In this document: in pieces, positions 17,147 to 25,191 of the stretch
Layout: each line of letters begins with the position of its first letter
How positions within the stretch are numbered: position 1 is the first letter of the stretch
DNA from: Escherichia phage Lw1
Sequence record: KC801932
Direction: 5' to 3' (one strand)
Length of the DNA stretch: 64,000 nucleotides
Notes under the pieces: model-generated
What the model saw: the letters and a program-made list of their open reading frames with translations, nothing else
Databases searched by the model: none
Told to the model about the DNA's origin: nothing
Program-made: the position numbers and the translations under genes

Positions 17147-17619
17147 AATTCCACCTTACGCATATCAATAGACGGATCGAAGTGTACCACGATGGTCGGA
17201 TAGTCGCCAGTAGAATCGTTTATAATGTCTTTAATGCGTTCCCAGTCGCCTCCAGCAAGCCCCGCACCAATAAGAGGGTAACGTTCAGGACACGCCCTGG
17301 CGCTTTCCACGGCGCTTTCAAAGCATGAACGGATTGCGTCGTAATCCACTTGTGGGCCAGCACCCCAGAACTTAAACTGGGTATAGGCGTTGAACACCAT
17401 ACGACCATCCTCTTGAACATAAACAGAGTTACGGCCCAGTTTTTTCTGGTTGCCTTTAAGCGTCATTGCATCCATTCGAAACGCGCCAGGGATTTTCTTC
17501 TTTACTTCTTTTGCAATCCCCGCACCCATATTACAGAAGCAGTTACACCCATGAATCAGGTGTACGTCACGACGAAGGAACAACTCAACAGCGTTCCCTT
17601 TAATCTCTTTGATAATCAT
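17143..17619 (-). CDS. macrodomain protein, TARG1/DarG-like (ADP-ribose processing)
   Basis: LIHGCNCFCNMGAGIAKEV matches the recalled H-C-x-S/N-x-D/C-x-x-MGAGIA core of TARG1/OARD1-type macrodomains; second Gly-rich loop GAGLAGGDW. Confidence 0.55.
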   Translation of the reverse strand: MIIKEIKGNAVELFLRRDVHLIHGCNCFCNMGAGIAKEVKKKIPGAFRMDAMTLKGNQKKLGRNSVYVQEDGRMVFNAYTQFKFWGAGPQVDYDAIRSCFESAVESARACPERYPLIGAGLAGGDWERIKDIINDSTGDYPTIVVHFDPSIDMRKVEL

Positions 17620-17711
17620 TCTTTATTACCCATTTTATAGCCGATCCCAATGACCAGCCCCATCAAAATAACCGCGCTTATCAAAAGCGCGAATTGTAGA
17701 CCTATGCTCAT
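17616..17711 (-). CDS. possible 31-aa membrane peptide
   Basis: ATGA-coupled to macrodomain gene; hydrophobic core LLISAVILMGLVIGIG. Confidence 0.3.
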   Translation of the reverse strand: MSIGLQFALLISAVILMGLVIGIGYKMGNKE

Positions 17712-17851
17712 TTAAATTGATCGTCCCATAGTTGCCACGCTTCCAGTTCATCATTGTATTCAGGGAGTGAACGTTCCCCTGGTTTCTTGACGTAATACCA
17801 GATAATGATAGCAACGGCGATAACAGTACCGTAAAAGATAATTAATCCCAT
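17708..17851 (-). CDS. possible 47-aa membrane peptide
   Basis: TAATG-coupled to upstream gene; N-terminal TM helix. Confidence 0.3.
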   Translation of the reverse strand: MGLIIFYGTVIAVAIIIWYYVKKPGERSLPEYNDELEAWQLWDDQFK

Positions 17852-18177
17852 TAGTATAATCCTATTCCGGCGTTATATTCATCCACCAGATAGGTACGCA
17901 GTTTTTCGCAGCGTTCCTTATTCGGTGCGCGGGTACAGAGTTTCATCATTGGTTCAGACTGCAAGAACTCGCGTTGTTTAGCCAGCTTTTGACGTTTGTA
18001 CAAGTGCGCGTTTTCTTCGCCCCACACATAAGCCGCGTCCAGTTGTTCCGCGATCACCTGGTAACATACCACAGTATCTTTAATGTCTCGATGGTCGCAG
18101 AGTTCAGACAGACGGTTGTCATCAACAGCGAACACGGAACCAGAAACCAAAGTCAGCAACAGCGCAAGTTTTTTCAT
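17851..18177 (-). CDS. small secreted protein (signal peptide MKKLALLLTLVSGSVFA)
   Basis: classical signal peptide. Confidence 0.5.
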   Translation of the reverse strand: MKKLALLLTLVSGSVFAVDDNRLSELCDHRDIKDTVVCYQVIAEQLDAAYVWGEENAHLYKRQKLAKQREFLQSEPMMKLCTRAPNKERCEKLRTYLVDEYNAGIGLY

Positions 18178-18179
18178 TA

Positions 18180-18581
18180 TTACTCTCCAAGTACGTAAAC
18201 AAAGCGGTCTTCGATTGAATCGTTAACACATTCGTAAATTCCCCCAGCGCGTACAGCTTTACGAATGCCGGATTTTACGATTTCCATGATCTCTTTGTTG
18301 CTTCCCCATACATTCAAATTGAAGTATAGCGCACATTCGATTGGATAGTCTTCTACGTTGCGATACACATCATCACTTTCACATACAAACAGTATGCGCT
18401 TTTCTTCTCCATATTCGAAGTAAATGCTAAACGCGTTCATACTGTTTTTATCAACAGTGATTTGAGTGATTTTAACGTTCGGTTTGCTTTTGAGTTCAGC
18501 AAGAACACTCTGAATAATAGATAACGCATTCAGTTTAATAAGTCCGCATTTTCCTACAATAACACGATGTGATGTACTCAT
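18180..18581 (-). CDS. hypothetical protein (133 aa)
   Basis: ORF; preceded by hairpin/promoter cassette 18585-18650. Confidence 0.45.
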   Translation of the reverse strand: MSTSHRVIVGKCGLIKLNALSIIQSVLAELKSKPNVKITQITVDKNSMNAFSIYFEYGEEKRILFVCESDDVYRNVEDYPIECALYFNLNVWGSNKEIMEIVKSGIRKAVRAGGIYECVNDSIEDRFVYVLGE

Positions 18582-18648
18582 AATTCAACCCTCAATAGTT
18601 GGTACACACATAATAAAAAAGCCCCTGCAAAAATGCAAGGGCTTTCGA

Positions 18649-19296
18649 TTAAATAATTTGCTTTTCTTCTAACAGTTTCGCGGTATGGTTAACCATGCGA
18701 GCATAATCACGGGCTTCTTTCTTCGTATACTTGAAGCCAGCGTTATAGCTTGCCAGCGCCTTTTTCAAGTCGCCTTTGTGGTAATCAAGCCAGTATTCCA
18801 GTTCATGAATGGCAAACTTAGAACCTCCCCGAAGGGATTCGAGCTTATTGATTACTACGCGTTTGGAATATGATTTATCCATCCGTGCGGAAGCACTGTT
18901 TACAGTGACTTGCCAACAGCCATAAGCATGATGACCTTTTTTGCCCTTTCCGGTGTTCTCACATGCGCGAGATTCGATCCAGGCAATAGCCGCTAAATGA
19001 TATCCCAAACGTTTCGATTTTTCTTTTTCAGCAGGTTTTGCAGTCGTTAGATCATAGTCGTTGCCAACTCTGAAAGCATACTCCAAAACCTTTTTCTGCT
19101 TTGGTGTAATTTCGTCCAATTCCTTGACATATGCAGGGGCATTGGCTGGTGCTTTCTTGATCACTGTTGCCTGTTGAAGCGGAAGTGTTGACTGAACAGC
19201 AGGAAGTTTTTCGATGAATTCTCCTAGCGGATCTGTCTTTGCGTGACCAGAAAAAGAGCATAAGAAAATGCTGGTCGCTAAAATAATTTTCTTCAT
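18649..19296 (-). CDS. secreted lytic transglycosylase-like (SLT domain) protein
   Basis: signal peptide; SLT-like motifs IESRACEN...GAYGCWQV and ASYNAG. Confidence 0.5.
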   Translation of the reverse strand: MKKIILATSIFLCSFSGHAKTDPLGEFIEKLPAVQSTLPLQQATVIKKAPANAPAYVKELDEITPKQKKVLEYAFRVGNDYDLTTAKPAEKEKSKRLGYHLAAIAWIESRACENTGKGKKGHHAYGCWQVTVNSASARMDKSYSKRVVINKLESLRGGSKFAIHELEYWLDYHKGDLKKALASYNAGFKYTKKEARDYARMVNHTAKLLEEKQII

Positions 19297-19356
19297 TGAT
19301 TAGTACCTTTTGTAACAAGAGAGGGCAATGATACCCTCACCTTATTATTTACGCAA

Positions 19357-19917
19357 CTAAAATTCTGGTTCTTCCGACTCACCCAGTTTATTGATGATGA
19401 ATTCAGCAACGTTATAGTTTGAAATCGACTTATTGGGATCGTACAGGGAAACGAGTTTTTCGAAAGATACTTGTACGACTTTCTTAAAGTGGACACCCCA
19501 GTTAGTAAAAAAGATCTCACTATTATCGAAACCACAATCAGGACTGAATAAAGCGCGATACTTATATCCGCTATAACCTTCCAGTCGGCTACTATGGTGT
19601 GCGTTACTGGTGATAAGGAAACGCCCCTGATGTGTTTCAACAACATAAAAGAAACCCAGACGTTCTTTATCATCAAATATACTGACAAATTTACGATGTG
19701 ATTCCTCGCGTTCAACACGGGTTTCAATGGCTTTCCATGTTGGTTCGTATTCAGGCCAGTCGTGTTCAACAACAACAGCCTTTAACGGTTCTTTACCATC
19801 ACGGGAACGCTGGCGTTCAACCCGTCGCGCAATAAAACGCAACTTTAGTTGGTCTTCGTATGACATTTTATCTACATCAGACAGTTTGATCACGATATAC
19901 TTTTGTTCGCGTTCCAT
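19357..19917 (-). CDS. hypothetical protein (186 aa)
   Basis: ORF. Confidence 0.45.
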   Translation of the reverse strand: MEREQKYIVIKLSDVDKMSYEDQLKLRFIARRVERQRSRDGKEPLKAVVVEHDWPEYEPTWKAIETRVEREESHRKFVSIFDDKERLGFFYVVETHQGRFLITSNAHHSSRLEGYSGYKYRALFSPDCGFDNSEIFFTNWGVHFKKVVQVSFEKLVSLYDPNKSISNYNVAEFIINKLGESEEPEF

Positions 19918-20093
19918 TATTTCACCACGATTTTATTATGACAGATAGGACAGGTGATCATTCTGTAGGTATCACGACCACCAGTGTAATCAGTATGCGT
20001 TTCTTCACGCACGTCTGTAGCATCATAGGAAAGAAGTGTTTCACATTTCCGACAGATCACTTCTTTTGGTTGCATCTTAACGACTTGTACCAT
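19917..20093 (-). CDS. small zinc-ribbon protein (58 aa; CRKC ... CPIC)
   Basis: ORF below track cut-off; paired CxxC motifs; TAATG coupling to downstream gene. Confidence 0.4.
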   Translation of the reverse strand: MVQVVKMQPKEVICRKCETLLSYDATDVREETHTDYTGGRDTYRMITCPICHNKIVVK

Positions 20094-20100
20094 AATAACC

Positions 20101-20298
20101 TCAGTTCAGATTTAAGTTGACTTTACTACCGCACTTAGGGCAGGTAATGAACTTCTTCACGATGTAGTCAGCAGGACTATAAAACCCGTTGTAAATGGTT
20201 ACTGTCTTGCTTTGAATGTCTTCCAGTTCGTATTCTAACCCAGTACGACAGGATTCACAAACAGTAATTAATTTTGGCGAAACGATAATTTTGATCAT
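20101..20298 (-). CDS. small zinc-ribbon protein (65 aa; CESC ... CPKC)
   Basis: GAGGT RBS before MIKIIV; same CxxC..CPxC architecture as neighbour. Confidence 0.45.
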   Translation of the reverse strand: MIKIIVSPKLITVCESCRTGLEYELEDIQSKTVTIYNGFYSPADYIVKKFITCPKCGSKVNLNLN

Positions 20299-20312
20299 GT
20301 ATACCTCACGAA

Positions 20313-20335
20313 AAAAGGGGCCGAAGCCCCTTTGA
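20313..20335 (-). terminator. hairpin ggggcttcggcccc + T6 terminator
   Basis: perfect GC stem, UUCG-type loop, T-run on minus strand; same stem recurs at 35161-35185. Confidence 0.7.
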
Positions 20336-21679
20336 TTAAAAGTTGTCTTCGACGAATGCTGCCAGGCGTCCACGATACACAGTATTCAGGATTATGTGAC
20401 TAGCATGGTCATATTCTTTAAGTTTTTCAACAGCATAGACAAAACCGTTGTTTACAGCAGTGTTTCGCGGGTTGTCAATCTGCTTAATATTCCCGCATAG
20501 TATCAGAAGTGTATTCTCTCCGCAACGGGAAATAATGGATTTTATTTCATGGTTGCTCAAGTTTTGACATTCGTCAACAATCAGCACTGAACCTTTACCA
20601 GGATCTGGGTGTCCGATAGAACGCCCACGGAAGTAATACAGGCTAGGGAACTGCACCACGCCTTTTTCCAGAAGTCCTTCAACGTACTTGTCAACTTCCG
20701 GTTGATCCTTAAACAGAATATTCAGGCTCGTGATACACGGTTCAACCGATGGTCGGAGTTTTTCACCCAGAGTACCAGGCAAGAACCCTATTTCACCAGA
20801 CAGCGGACTATCTGCCTTGACATACATCAGGTTTGCGAAGTGTCCCGCGTTAACCATGTGCATTGCGCCAGCAACCGCCAGCATTGTTTTACCCGAACCC
20901 GCCGCACCCATGATGGTCACAACGTCATTGTTCTTGTCCAGGATCGCATCAACGAATGACGCTTGCAGAGCATCGCGGGGCTGAATTGTTTTCATCAGCT
21001 TACGCTTTAACGCTTGTTCGTGCTTAATAGGCAACACTTCAAGCTGAAACTCTCCAGCAGCCACCACACGCCCTACAATCTCACCATCCGATAGAATGTA
21101 TTGGTTAGGGTAGAAATCCGCGTCAGGAAGCGATGAATACGTTATAACGGCAACAGGCCCGACATACTCCATGACTTCGACAGTTTCCCAGAACAGCGGC
21201 AGGTCGATATAACCTGAATACAACACATCACTATCTTTCAGCGAGTCATCGCCAGTGTATTGAAGAACCGGACAACCTTTAGACATCGCGATCAACAGCA
21301 TGTTAATGTCACGAGTCACCAGCGTTGCGCCCTGTTGAATACAGGTTGCAATGATCCGCGCATCCTGTTTATCGAGAGGGAACTCTTCGGGGCCGACATA
21401 ATCGACAATTTTGAGTGTTACACTTTCCGGTACTGCTGGGTTTGTTAAGTTTAACGAAACCCCTGTTTGGGTAATTGCTTCATAATTTTGTCCCAGGATT
21501 GCTTTGGACAATAGCCGGATCGCCAGTCGTGCTTCATGAGCGGTTCGCTCTTTGCTTTTCAGGTGATCCAGTTCTTCCATCGTTGCAGCAGTGATAATAA
21601 TTTCAGTATCAGGTTCGATGAAAGAGTAAACTGAATAGGGGTTCGAGATCAAAACGTTTGTATCGAGAACATATTTCAT
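20336..21679 (-). CDS. phoH: PIN-domain PhoH-like ATPase (YlaK-type)
   Basis: N-terminal PIN-like acidic core (LDTNVL...), Walker A GAAGSGKT, Walker B VDECQN. Confidence 0.8.
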   Translation of the reverse strand: MKYVLDTNVLISNPYSVYSFIEPDTEIIITAATMEELDHLKSKERTAHEARLAIRLLSKAILGQNYEAITQTGVSLNLTNPAVPESVTLKIVDYVGPEEFPLDKQDARIIATCIQQGATLVTRDINMLLIAMSKGCPVLQYTGDDSLKDSDVLYSGYIDLPLFWETVEVMEYVGPVAVITYSSLPDADFYPNQYILSDGEIVGRVVAAGEFQLEVLPIKHEQALKRKLMKTIQPRDALQASFVDAILDKNNDVVTIMGAAGSGKTMLAVAGAMHMVNAGHFANLMYVKADSPLSGEIGFLPGTLGEKLRPSVEPCITSLNILFKDQPEVDKYVEGLLEKGVVQFPSLYYFRGRSIGHPDPGKGSVLIVDECQNLSNHEIKSIISRCGENTLLILCGNIKQIDNPRNTAVNNGFVYAVEKLKEYDHASHIILNTVYRGRLAAFVEDNF

Positions 21680-21727
21680 AGAAATTTCCTGTTAATTGCG
21701 GGAACGAGGATTCGCCCCGCACTGCAA

Positions 21728-22195
21728 TTACATACCCAAACGGATGATATGGATATATGGGAACGGGTGTAAATGGCTACGCATACAATAAGTGAGTGTG
21801 CGCACCAGTTCGTAACGTTCGTCCCTTGTTGTGTCGCATTCATCGAAAATCAGGTTGATCGCCTGATGTTCAATTCTACGACCGCGAAATATCGAATCCA
21901 GATCCTGTTTAACTGATAACAGAACTGTATTGTCGCAGTTTTTATCAAGTTCGTATCGAGTAGCACTGTCGATCGCCATATGCTTAGTCGGCGCAACGTA
22001 GATATTCAACACACCTTTTGATTGTTTGATGATATCAAACGCCGCTTTGGTTTTGCCACTCATACGCCCCATATCCAGAGCGGTTTCAAATACTGATACT
22101 TCCCCGATCTGTTCGCCCCATCGACCTTCAATGATACGGGACAGGTGCATATTTCTCGACTGCCTTACAGCGTCAACATAAAATTGTGAAATCAT
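21728..22195 (-). CDS. hypothetical protein (155 aa)
   Basis: ORF. Confidence 0.45.
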   Translation of the reverse strand: MISQFYVDAVRQSRNMHLSRIIEGRWGEQIGEVSVFETALDMGRMSGKTKAAFDIIKQSKGVLNIYVAPTKHMAIDSATRYELDKNCDNTVLLSVKQDLDSIFRGRRIEHQAINLIFDECDTTRDERYELVRTLTYCMRSHLHPFPYIHIIRLGM

Positions 22196-22204
22196 GTTAT
22201 CGCC

Positions 22205-22600
22205 TTACGCAAGTTCAATATGCGGCGCGTCGATGAACTTAGTTTCAATAGGAAGACGCGGATCATTCTTCCAGTTGATACCGAAACGCAGTTTCACGCC
22301 CAGTTCATCACCAGCTTTTTTCATTGCGTCCAGGACAGGCAACCACACTTTCGGGTTTTTCTGCCAACCTTCCGGCAGTACACTAGGATACAGATCCACA
22401 GCATCGCCAGTGATGTGCTTTGATGCCATTGTCTGAGATACACCCTGGCGCACGTATTCGCGCTGTTGCTCTACGGTACGCAGACCTTCACGTACACCGA
22501 AATCAACGGTTGAGAGTTCAAGAGCACGGTTTACAACCTTAACCAGTTCAGGCTTAACACCTTTCAGGTTGTTCAGGCTTTTCTGACTAAATTTAAACAT
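22205..22600 (-). CDS. L-alanyl-D-glutamate peptidase (peptidase M15), T5-type endolysin
   Basis: 131 aa; collinear with recalled T5 endolysin (KPEL.KV..RALELS..DF....G.RT...Q, SKHITGDA.D, GVKLRFG, HIEL). Confidence 0.75.
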   Translation of the reverse strand: MFKFSQKSLNNLKGVKPELVKVVNRALELSTVDFGVREGLRTVEQQREYVRQGVSQTMASKHITGDAVDLYPSVLPEGWQKNPKVWLPVLDAMKKAGDELGVKLRFGINWKNDPRLPIETKFIDAPHIELA

Positions 22601-22666
22601 ACATACCTCTTTATGAAAATACCCTATGGGCTACACAGGGTATTTACGGTTTAAGAGGCGCAACAG

Positions 22667-23062
22667 TTACATTTCCCAGAGAGCATCATCCGCTCTACGG
22701 ATGGTCCATTCTCTGTGCATTTTACGACTTTCTTCTCTGATTTCGAGAGGCAGATTATCGTTGTTGATTTGGTCAACATATTCCCGTGCATCTTTTTCGC
22801 TAAGGAAAAAAGCATGGAAATTATAATGATTGCGCCCCAATACATTTCGATCCATCAATGAACATCGACTATGATTTTCCCAGTCATTGTAAATGGTAAT
22901 ACACTTAACAAATAACCCGATTCCACGATGATTATACGGGAATCCAGTGATGATATGTTTACGACCCATTTCTGCTTTAACACCAGTGATGCTAAACACT
23001 TCATACAGAATAGCACCAGGTTTAATGTCTTTCAGTTGAGCACGTTTTTCAAAAGCATTCAT
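22667..23062 (-). CDS. hypothetical protein (131 aa; start at MNAFEK)
   Basis: GTGAGGTG RBS before ATG at 23062. Confidence 0.45.
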   Translation of the reverse strand: MNAFEKRAQLKDIKPGAILYEVFSITGVKAEMGRKHIITGFPYNHRGIGLFVKCITIYNDWENHSRCSLMDRNVLGRNHYNFHAFFLSEKDAREYVDQINNDNLPLEIREESRKMHREWTIRRADDALWEM

Positions 23063-23117
23063 AATATACACCTCACAATTAGTTTTCATATACAGATTAC
23101 CATAGTCAGGTTATCTG

Positions 23118-23438
23118 TCAACAGGGATTATCGTTTTTTGATGGAAAAGTTAACTGGAACAAACGGTCATGCAACGCGTCGATACGTTCACACGCTTGCT
23201 TGAGTATCACTTTATCCCCCGCGCTGGTTGTCTCAATGCAGCCCAGTTCGTCCGCATCAATCGCGATCACATCATCCATCAGTGAAGCGAATATGTTCAC
23301 GTCAGGGTGAGTCAGTTCCTGTATTTCCAATATCATCCCGTCATGCTGGGATAACAGTTCGATGATATCTCTTTGCAGATCTCCCTGGTACGGGAAACCT
23401 GTTTGAAGATGGTTGATTATTCTTTCTGCTTTGGTCAT
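23118..23438 (-). CDS. hypothetical protein (106 aa)
   Basis: ORF after terminator 23455-23476. Confidence 0.45.
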   Translation of the reverse strand: MTKAERIINHLQTGFPYQGDLQRDIIELLSQHDGMILEIQELTHPDVNIFASLMDDVIAIDADELGCIETTSAGDKVILKQACERIDALHDRLFQLTFPSKNDNPC

Positions 23439-23476
23439 ATTTCACCTACAAAAAAGCCCCTTTCGGGGCTTCTGGA

Positions 23477-23740
23477 TTAAAGTTCACAGCAACGGCACAC
23501 ACCGTAATTGCTGAAAGGTTCTTCGCCGCTCAAATAAGCCCAGAAGTCGCAAGCCTGTTCAGCGGTTTCGAAGATTGCAGCCTCGTAGAAACCACGTTCT
23601 TCATTACCTGCTTCGTTGATATAAACCGGAGTCCAGAGGCTCGGTTTGAAGCAGTCAGAAACAACTACCCAACCATCTTTCGCTTTCATTGCTTCTTTAT
23701 TCGCTTCAACCATTTCCAGAATTTCGTTCAGTAAGCTCAT
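23477..23740 (-). CDS. hypothetical protein (87 aa)
   Basis: ORF. Confidence 0.45.
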   Translation of the reverse strand: MSLLNEILEMVEANKEAMKAKDGWVVVSDCFKPSLWTPVYINEAGNEERGFYEAAIFETAEQACDFWAYLSGEEPFSNYGVCRCCEL

Positions 23741-23811
23741 TTTGAATCCCCTTTAATCCGTTTCGTTGTCTACGAGAGAGATATTATCATACTGGGGATT
23801 CATGTCAACAC

Positions 23812-24075
23812 TTATTCGAAACGAATCGTGCTATTTTTGAAAAACATTCCAGAGCACACAGCACCAGCGATCGGTTTACCGTTTACGCCCGTAGCCGTAA
23901 ATCCGGTTGCGTATGTATCCTTTTCAGAACAGGAAAACCAGCTATATCCTGTGAACTGAATATTCGAATACCCTTGCGCTTCCAGGATACGCTGTGCTTC
24001 TCGTTCGTCGGTACAGCTTGATTGCAATAGAACGAGAACCACAACCAGTAAGACACATCCAATAACTTTAAACAT
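23812..24075 (-). CDS. putative lipoprotein (87 aa)
   Basis: hydrophobic signal ending LLQSSC (lipobox-like). Confidence 0.45.
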   Translation of the reverse strand: MFKVIGCVLLVVVLVLLQSSCTDEREAQRILEAQGYSNIQFTGYSWFSCSEKDTYATGFTATGVNGKPIAGAVCSGMFFKNSTIRFE

Positions 24076-24077
24076 AA

Positions 24078-24524
24078 TTACACTCTTTTTAAGTTGGTTT
24101 TACCTGCTTGAACCCAGCTAACACCTAAAGAACCACAACGGAAACCGCTGATAGCACCGAGACATACAGTTGTATGACTGAAAGTGTTAGGTAAATCGAC
24201 CTGGTTATCAGGAGAGATACCCAAATCATGTACGCTTACATCAGTTGCATACAGATAACCACCAGACACATACAGGGAATTGATCGAACCGAACGCGTCA
24301 TTAGGCCATTTAAAACGGTATTTGTCGCCCCATAGCTCAACTTCATACACCTGATATTCATCGAACAGAGGATCGTTACCCTTCGTTGCTGTATAAAGAG
24401 CACTACGCCATTCATACAGCTTTGCTTCAATGTCACTGACATTGATTTCTTTGCCAGCGCTTAAATCATCAAGCACTTGCTCAAGTTCGCGGATTGCTCC
24501 GCTTAATTCACAAGAAAGATTCAT
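24078..24524 (-). CDS. hypothetical protein (148 aa; start at MNLSCEL)
   Basis: ATGA coupling to upstream gene. Confidence 0.45.
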   Translation of the reverse strand: MNLSCELSGAIRELEQVLDDLSAGKEINVSDIEAKLYEWRSALYTATKGNDPLFDEYQVYEVELWGDKYRFKWPNDAFGSINSLYVSGGYLYATDVSVHDLGISPDNQVDLPNTFSHTTVCLGAISGFRCGSLGVSWVQAGKTNLKRV

Positions 24525-24880
24525 ACAATACCCTCTTCTTTGAGCACTTCCCAAATAAGTTTATCCAGGTGCATTAGGTTCCACATAACAGAGTCATACG
24601 AACCCAGCGAGCGGGAGTAAATTACACCCCATGAACGATATGCTTTTTGAAACTCTTCCGCGCTGTTTGTATCGCACGGCATATCATCACCAGAAGCGAT
24701 CAGCAGTTTAAACACCATCAGGCTGTTGAGCAGTTTTGAACTTGCGTCCTGTTCTCTCAGCTTAGACCAATACCGTTCGATAATCGCTTTTGCTTTCGGT
24801 TCAGTAATACGCCCATTACTACAACGTTCACGATACACATACATCAGTTCATCGAGTATTTCTGTCATAACACACCCCAT
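24521..24880 (-). CDS. hypothetical protein (119 aa)
   Basis: ORF. Confidence 0.45.
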   Translation of the reverse strand: MGCVMTEILDELMYVYRERCSNGRITEPKAKAIIERYWSKLREQDASSKLLNSLMVFKLLIASGDDMPCDTNSAEEFQKAYRSWGVIYSRSLGSYDSVMWNLMHLDKLIWEVLKEEGIV

Positions 24881-25191
24881 TTACTTTTGATTCTGTTGCA
24901 TTCTTCCGCACACTCTTTTTCCGCAAGGATTTTGCGAACAACCGCGTTTCTGATTTTCCAGAGATAATCGATCATCTGCATATCTTCGGGAGTGTGATAA
25001 CCTTTCATATCGCATTCAAATACGATAGCATCGCGTTCTGACATTGCCATTATCGCGGTAGCCGAACAAATGGTCATCCCACTATATTTTTCAATCAACG
25101 ATTCCAGTGTACGCTTTTCTGCCGGAATGTCAACAGTTATCGGAACAGGACGGATTCTTGTAGTCGAATCGTCGAAGGATTGATAAATCAT
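24865..25191 (-). CDS. hypothetical protein (108 aa)
   Basis: ORF. Confidence 0.45.
   Translation of the reverse strand: MIYQSFDDSTTRIRPVPITVDIPAEKRTLESLIEKYSGMTICSATAIMAMSERDAIVFECDMKGYHTPEDMQMIDYLWKIRNAVVRKILAEKECAEECNRIKSKWGVL

Noticed and set aside
19293-19775. 160-aa minus-strand ORF overlapping gene 19357-19917 out of frame
   Set aside because: Overlaps almost entirely with a better-supported ORF in another frame; hydrophobic low-complexity translation
21728-22195. Possible P-loop NTPase (GRMSGKT ... IFDECD)
   Set aside because: Spacing is GxxxGKT rather than canonical GxxxxGK[ST]; insufficient to call an ATPase
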